Shown in pieces: positions 34,692-38,092 of a stretch of 38,092 bases of DNA (positions within the stretch are counted from its first letter, which is position 1; every line of letters begins with the position of its first letter). Origin of the DNA: a virus (Duplodnaviria; Caudoviricetes); the IMG/VR virus record IMGVR_UViG_3300049009_000559, positions 1-38,092 of that record, one strand, 5' to 3'. Position numbers and translations under genes: made by a program. The notes under the pieces are model-generated. The model was not told the DNA's origin and made no database searches. It worked only from the letters and a program-made list of their open reading frames with translations.

Positions 34692-35057
34692 TTACGCTGC
34701 GATCCTTTGTTTGTTCATTTCCTTTTCCCTTGCAACTTGCGCCCTATGGTCGCTGTACCGATAAATCACGAACCTTGACACCCTGTTCCCGTTCTCAGTC
34801 TTTCCCACATACTCAGCCGAAGGGACGTAGTACACGGGGTTTCCGGTGCCGTCCAGATAGGTCTCCGCGAAGGCCCGAATTTCCGATACATCGGAAGCCG
34901 GACGGATTGACGGGTGGCCTTTCGAGCGCGTGAACGTCTCGATTTCCAGTCCCGTAGATCCTGGTCTTTCATCCTGCGGCCCACGGAAGCAGCACCACAG
35001 AACCGCTTTCAGGCTCGGGGTCTTGCGGGGGTCGCGGAAGTGGAAGGAGCGCATCAT
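34692..35057 (-). CDS. Hypothetical protein
   Basis: 121-aa coupled ORF. Confidence 0.65.
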   Translation of the reverse strand: MMRSFHFRDPRKTPSLKAVLWCCFRGPQDERPGSTGLEIETFTRSKGHPSIRPASDVSEIRAFAETYLDGTGNPVYYVPSAEYVGKTENGNRVSRFVIYRYSDHRAQVAREKEMNKQRIAA

Positions 35058-35512
35058 ATCCTCGCCATCGTGGGGTCAGGGTCAGGAAGCAGAATCCCGA
35101 AACCGGAATCCTGGTCCTCGACGTAGGCACGGAAGATCTTCATGAATCCCGAATACCCTTCCGTGTCAAGGTGTGCGGTGGGGGCCGGGACGTTAGTCAC
35201 TTCCCCGGTTTTCGGGTTGGTCCTTGGTTCCGTCCACCCAATCGCGATTTTGATTGAGTCGTACACATATCGGGCATCATGGGGATAATGCCCCAGTTCT
35301 TTGAGGATTATCGGCATCCAGAGACCGCGCACCGTTTTGTTCTGCTGAATCGTTCTCGGCTTGTACCACCGTTCGATCTTCGGAACCTTCACGATGTGCC
35401 CGACATGGTGCCCGAGCGATCCCCGGAAATCCTTCTCCATACCGCCAAACGTGCAGTCCTTCAGGACGACAGCGCAGCCGCGAGGGATTGGTTGACCGGG
35501 GACGTGGAGCAT
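35054..35512 (-). CDS. NinB-like recombination accessory protein
   Basis: PRTIQQN...W...TAHLDTEGYSGFM...GILLPDP. Confidence 0.6.
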   Translation of the reverse strand: MLHVPGQPIPRGCAVVLKDCTFGGMEKDFRGSLGHHVGHIVKVPKIERWYKPRTIQQNKTVRGLWMPIILKELGHYPHDARYVYDSIKIAIGWTEPRTNPKTGEVTNVPAPTAHLDTEGYSGFMKIFRAYVEDQDSGFGILLPDPDPTMARI

Positions 35513-35515
35513 GGC

Positions 35516-36481
35516 TCAGGCCTCGATTTCTTCCGCGAATCCGTAGGTCATTCCAAAGTCGTCACGTCCTTTGGTTTGGAGGGCTTCCAGAACTTCCTCG
35601 TCCTTCTTGAGAACGAAGGTTTCCTCGTACTCGGCCGAGAGTTCGTCGAACAGGATCGGGTCGGCGCAGGCTTTGAGGCGTTCCAGATAGTCAGCTTTGA
35701 TCGCGGCAAGGTTGCTGTCCATTTGGGACTTTTCCGCGACTCTGGTCATGTGTTCATCGGTCAGGGAGCGGAAGGTCTCGGTCCCGTTGTGGGTCGTGAA
35801 TTCCTCCCAAATCTTGACTCCCTGCTCCCGTTGGAACACCTTGCAGGCCTCGCGGATTTCCTGCTCGGAGCCGCAGGCCATGAAACCCTGGTTCAGCTTG
35901 CCGCGTAGGTACTTCATGCGCTTCTTATGCTCGACTTCGTCCGGCGAGATTTCAAGCGGCGCCGATTCGGGCATGGTTGCCGCCAGAGAGACTTCCTCCC
36001 GCATGGTCACATCTTCCATTTCCTCGGGGGTGTACATCCCGCACAGGACAGCCGGATAGACTGTGCGCACCCCTTCCGCGATGGTGCGCGAACGGAGCAT
36101 AGGGCGGGGATAGCTTGCCCAAGTCGGGTTCTTCGTGAGTCCCGCCTTCTGGGCCATGACGAGGCTCCAAAGGATCGTCGCGCTTCCACCTTCGGGGTGG
36201 GTGAACTTCCCTTCGGCCACGGATTCGGTGAGTTGGAGCCATTCGACACGGCCCCCCGACTTCTGGAAACGGGCCAGAATCGCGTCGGCTTTGAGTGCCG
36301 GCCGATTTTGGATGATGTGGTAGTCCTGAATCACCGTCATGGGGTGACGGCCTTCCGCTTTAGCAAGCATCATCAGGGTCATGGCCTGAGCGGGGGATTT
36401 AAGCCCGAACATTCCCGAGGCGGCGATAGAGTTTGCCATTTCCTGCATATTCGGTTCACGTGTGGTGAGTTGATTTTCCAT
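35516..36481 (-). CDS. RecT/Red-beta-like single-strand annealing protein
   Basis: HIIQNRPAL, W.SYPRPML..R......R..YP..L.GMYTPEEM. Confidence 0.8.
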   Translation of the reverse strand: MENQLTTREPNMQEMANSIAASGMFGLKSPAQAMTLMMLAKAEGRHPMTVIQDYHIIQNRPALKADAILARFQKSGGRVEWLQLTESVAEGKFTHPEGGSATILWSLVMAQKAGLTKNPTWASYPRPMLRSRTIAEGVRTVYPAVLCGMYTPEEMEDVTMREEVSLAATMPESAPLEISPDEVEHKKRMKYLRGKLNQGFMACGSEQEIREACKVFQREQGVKIWEEFTTHNGTETFRSLTDEHMTRVAEKSQMDSNLAAIKADYLERLKACADPILFDELSAEYEETFVLKKDEEVLEALQTKGRDDFGMTYGFAEEIEA

Positions 36482-36571
36482 GATTTCTCCGTGTTGTGAT
36501 TCGTTAAATGTTTTCTGCGGCCCAGAACATGGCCACCACCAGGATGGTAAGGAGGTAGGGGGCGATTCGGG

Positions 36572-36934
36572 TCATGCTTCCACCCCTTCCAGATTCAGCG
36601 GTGCGTTGAGGAAAGCGATCTGCTGTGATTCTGCCATGTTCAGGGAGGACATGACACGCAGGTGGCCTTCCTTGGCTCTTGCGGCCCTGCGTTTGCGGTC
36701 TTGTGCCGCCCTGAACTTGTCCCATTCGAGCTGCTCGTCTGCTTCCTCGATTTCTTCCGGCTCCATCCCGCTTTCCCATTCTTCTCGCACCTTGGCGTAT
36801 TCATCTTCTGAGAGAAAGCGCCCGGTATCGGTGTCTCTCGGATAGCCCTTCTTATCCCGGTAGCAGGGGGGCCATTCGGGGGCATCCTCGAAATTCCCGT
36901 CACCGAATCCGGTTTTCCAGTCGTCGTAGTTCAT
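36572..36934 (-). CDS. Hypothetical early protein
   Basis: 120-aa acidic ORF, ATGA-coupled. Confidence 0.7.
   Translation of the reverse strand: MNYDDWKTGFGDGNFEDAPEWPPCYRDKKGYPRDTDTGRFLSEDEYAKVREEWESGMEPEEIEEADEQLEWDKFRAAQDRKRRAARAKEGHLRVMSSLNMAESQQIAFLNAPLNLEGVEA
36802..36928 (+). repeat. Exact 127-bp direct repeat, copy 2
   Basis: Identical to 1-127. Confidence 0.97.
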
Positions 36935-37287
36935 GCTGCCACCGTTTCTTTATGGGGGGCGGTGGACATGATTGCATCGAAGGAGAGTTCGCATATCCAG
37001 TTCTCAACCTCGCTGGAGATTTCCCGCCAGAGTCCCGAGGTGACCTGGATTTCATTGGAGCCGCCGACCCAATAGACGGAGCACTTGGCAACCGATATCC
37101 GAGGGATAGACCAGTAGGCTTCGCCCTTGGGGTATTTCTCCCATTCCAATCCCGCTATCACCACTTCCGCCACAACCCCAACCCCCGGAAGATTCTCGGA
37201 GGGGATGGTGACCTTGAGTTTCAGGTTTTCAGGGGGGCGGGTGGCCCCGAGGATTTCGACCGTTGGTTTTGTTTGTAAATTCGTCAT
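36931..37287 (-). CDS. Hypothetical early protein (allele B slot, replaces 133..372)
   Basis: 118 aa, AAGGAG RBS; no resemblance to 133..372 but the same flanking sequences. Confidence 0.7.
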   Translation of the reverse strand: MTNLQTKPTVEILGATRPPENLKLKVTIPSENLPGVGVVAEVVIAGLEWEKYPKGEAYWSIPRISVAKCSVYWVGGSNEIQVTSGLWREISSEVENWICELSFDAIMSTAPHKETVAA

Positions 37288-37321
37288 GTTCGCCTATCTC
37301 CTTCAATTCGTGTTAGGTGGA

Positions 37322-37672
37322 CTTAGGGGTTCAGACGTTTGCCCGTCTGGCCCCTTTCATTTTTCAGGTGGTCTTTTCGTAGAACGGCTTTTCGGCATTC
37401 GCCAGAATCGTGTCGATGTCGAAGTCCTTGGGCCGAAGGCGGCGGGGCTTGATGTTCAGGGACATGGCCCCAATGGCAAACCCCATAACGAAAGCGGTCA
37501 GGGCAAGGGCGGCGAGGGCGATCATTTGAACCACCGCAGAGCATTCTTGGCGGCTCGGGCAAAGCGTCCCGCTTCCCAAATGGCACGGCCCTTCTCCCGC
37601 TTCACAGCCTCGGTTAAGGTCTGGCGTTCGGGTACATCGTTCCAAGTGGAACCGAAAAGGCGGTAGATCATG
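37322..37672 (+). repeat. Diverged direct repeat, copy 2 of 396-737
   Basis: Carries the same two small genes (37364..37525 and 37522..37671, minus strand). Confidence 0.95.
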
Positions 37673-37844
37673 TGAAGTCCTCCACAACCGCGACAACAAC
37701 TGCTGCCGTGATTATTAGAGCGGCCACAGACGCAAACATCCGCCACCAGAACGGTATTCCAATTTGTGCGCCTACGACCCAAATCCAAAGCCAAAGGGCA
37801 ACAACCAGAAACGCCATCATGGCCTTCAACAAAAGCTCGTTCAT
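37668..37844 (-). CDS. Small 2-TM membrane protein, 58 aa (MNELLLKAMMAFLVVALWLW...)
   Basis: Below the ORF-track cutoff; ATGA overlaps at both ends; GGAGG RBS. Confidence 0.65.
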   Translation of the reverse strand: MNELLLKAMMAFLVVALWLWIWVVGAQIGIPFWWRMFASVAALIITAAVVVAVVEDFT

Positions 37845-38050
37845 ACCGCACCCTCCTTCATTGCTTCTATGTCTGCCAGGATCTTCGTTTCTTCTTGCGG
37901 GGTCATGGGGGCTGACCCGTTGAGCTTGTTTGAGAACGTGGACGGGGGGTAACCCGCACGAACCGCAAACTGGGCGTGGGTCAGTTTCAGGCTACGGATG
38001 CCGTCCTTGATTCCCTTGCGCTCGGAGTAGAGGGTGGGGTCGAAGCTCAT
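37841..38050 (-). CDS. Cro-like XRE HTH protein (allele B)
   Basis: LKLTHAQFAVRAGYPPSTFSNKLNGSAPMT. Confidence 0.75.
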   Translation of the reverse strand: MSFDPTLYSERKGIKDGIRSLKLTHAQFAVRAGYPPSTFSNKLNGSAPMTPQEETKILADIEAMKEGAV

Positions 38051-38092
38051 GCCTGAGCCGCTTTCTTGCCCTTGAGCAGGTCGGCAATAACG

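Larger units (their letters stand above)
1..38092. mobile_element. Temperate siphovirus-like phage genome (unit length ~36,801 bp) plus ~1.2 kb alternative early-region allele
   Basis: Complete set of terminase, portal, capsid, tail, lysis, integrase, repressor and replication genes; no host genes seen; 1-127 recurs at 36802-36928. Confidence 0.95.

Noticed and set aside
1-38092. Stop-codon reassignment or alternative genetic code
   Set aside because: Core genes are full length in the standard code and end in TAA, TAG and TGA

Overview
The window is an essentially complete temperate tailed phage of about 36.8 kb, apparently in its excised (attP-intact) form. It has a long non-contractile tail: a tube and tape measure are present and no sheath is recognisable. 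Almost all genes are on the minus strand. In transcription order they run: Cro/Arc-like gene, small early genes, RecT-like annealase, NinB-like, excisionase-like, then a plus-strand tyrosine integrase beside a tRNA-3'-half attP. After these come the replication initiator with iterons, C5 DNA methyltransferase, VRR-NUC, NUMOD3 and Rmf-like genes, then terS, terL, portal, scaffold, capsid, neck, tail (with a -1 frameshifted chaperone), AlkB-like oxygenase, lysis cassette, and a metallophosphoesterase + Ntn-hydrolase pair. A plus-strand lysogeny module (CI-like repressor, lipoprotein, PQ-loop-like protein) sits at 1-2.7 kb. Bases 1-127 are identical to 36802-36928, so the genome can close into a 36,801-bp circle. 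The extra 36929-38092 is a different allele of the early region, from a sibling phage or an assembly bubble. The most notable items are a ~250-nt strand-specific, multi-hairpin RNA-like element inside a translationally coupled ORF (34.44-34.69 kb), attP splitting the early operon from the replication and late genes, an integrase with non-canonical catalytic residues, and unusual accessory enzymes around the lysis cassette. All protein calls come from motif recognition by eye; no searches or folding programs were run.
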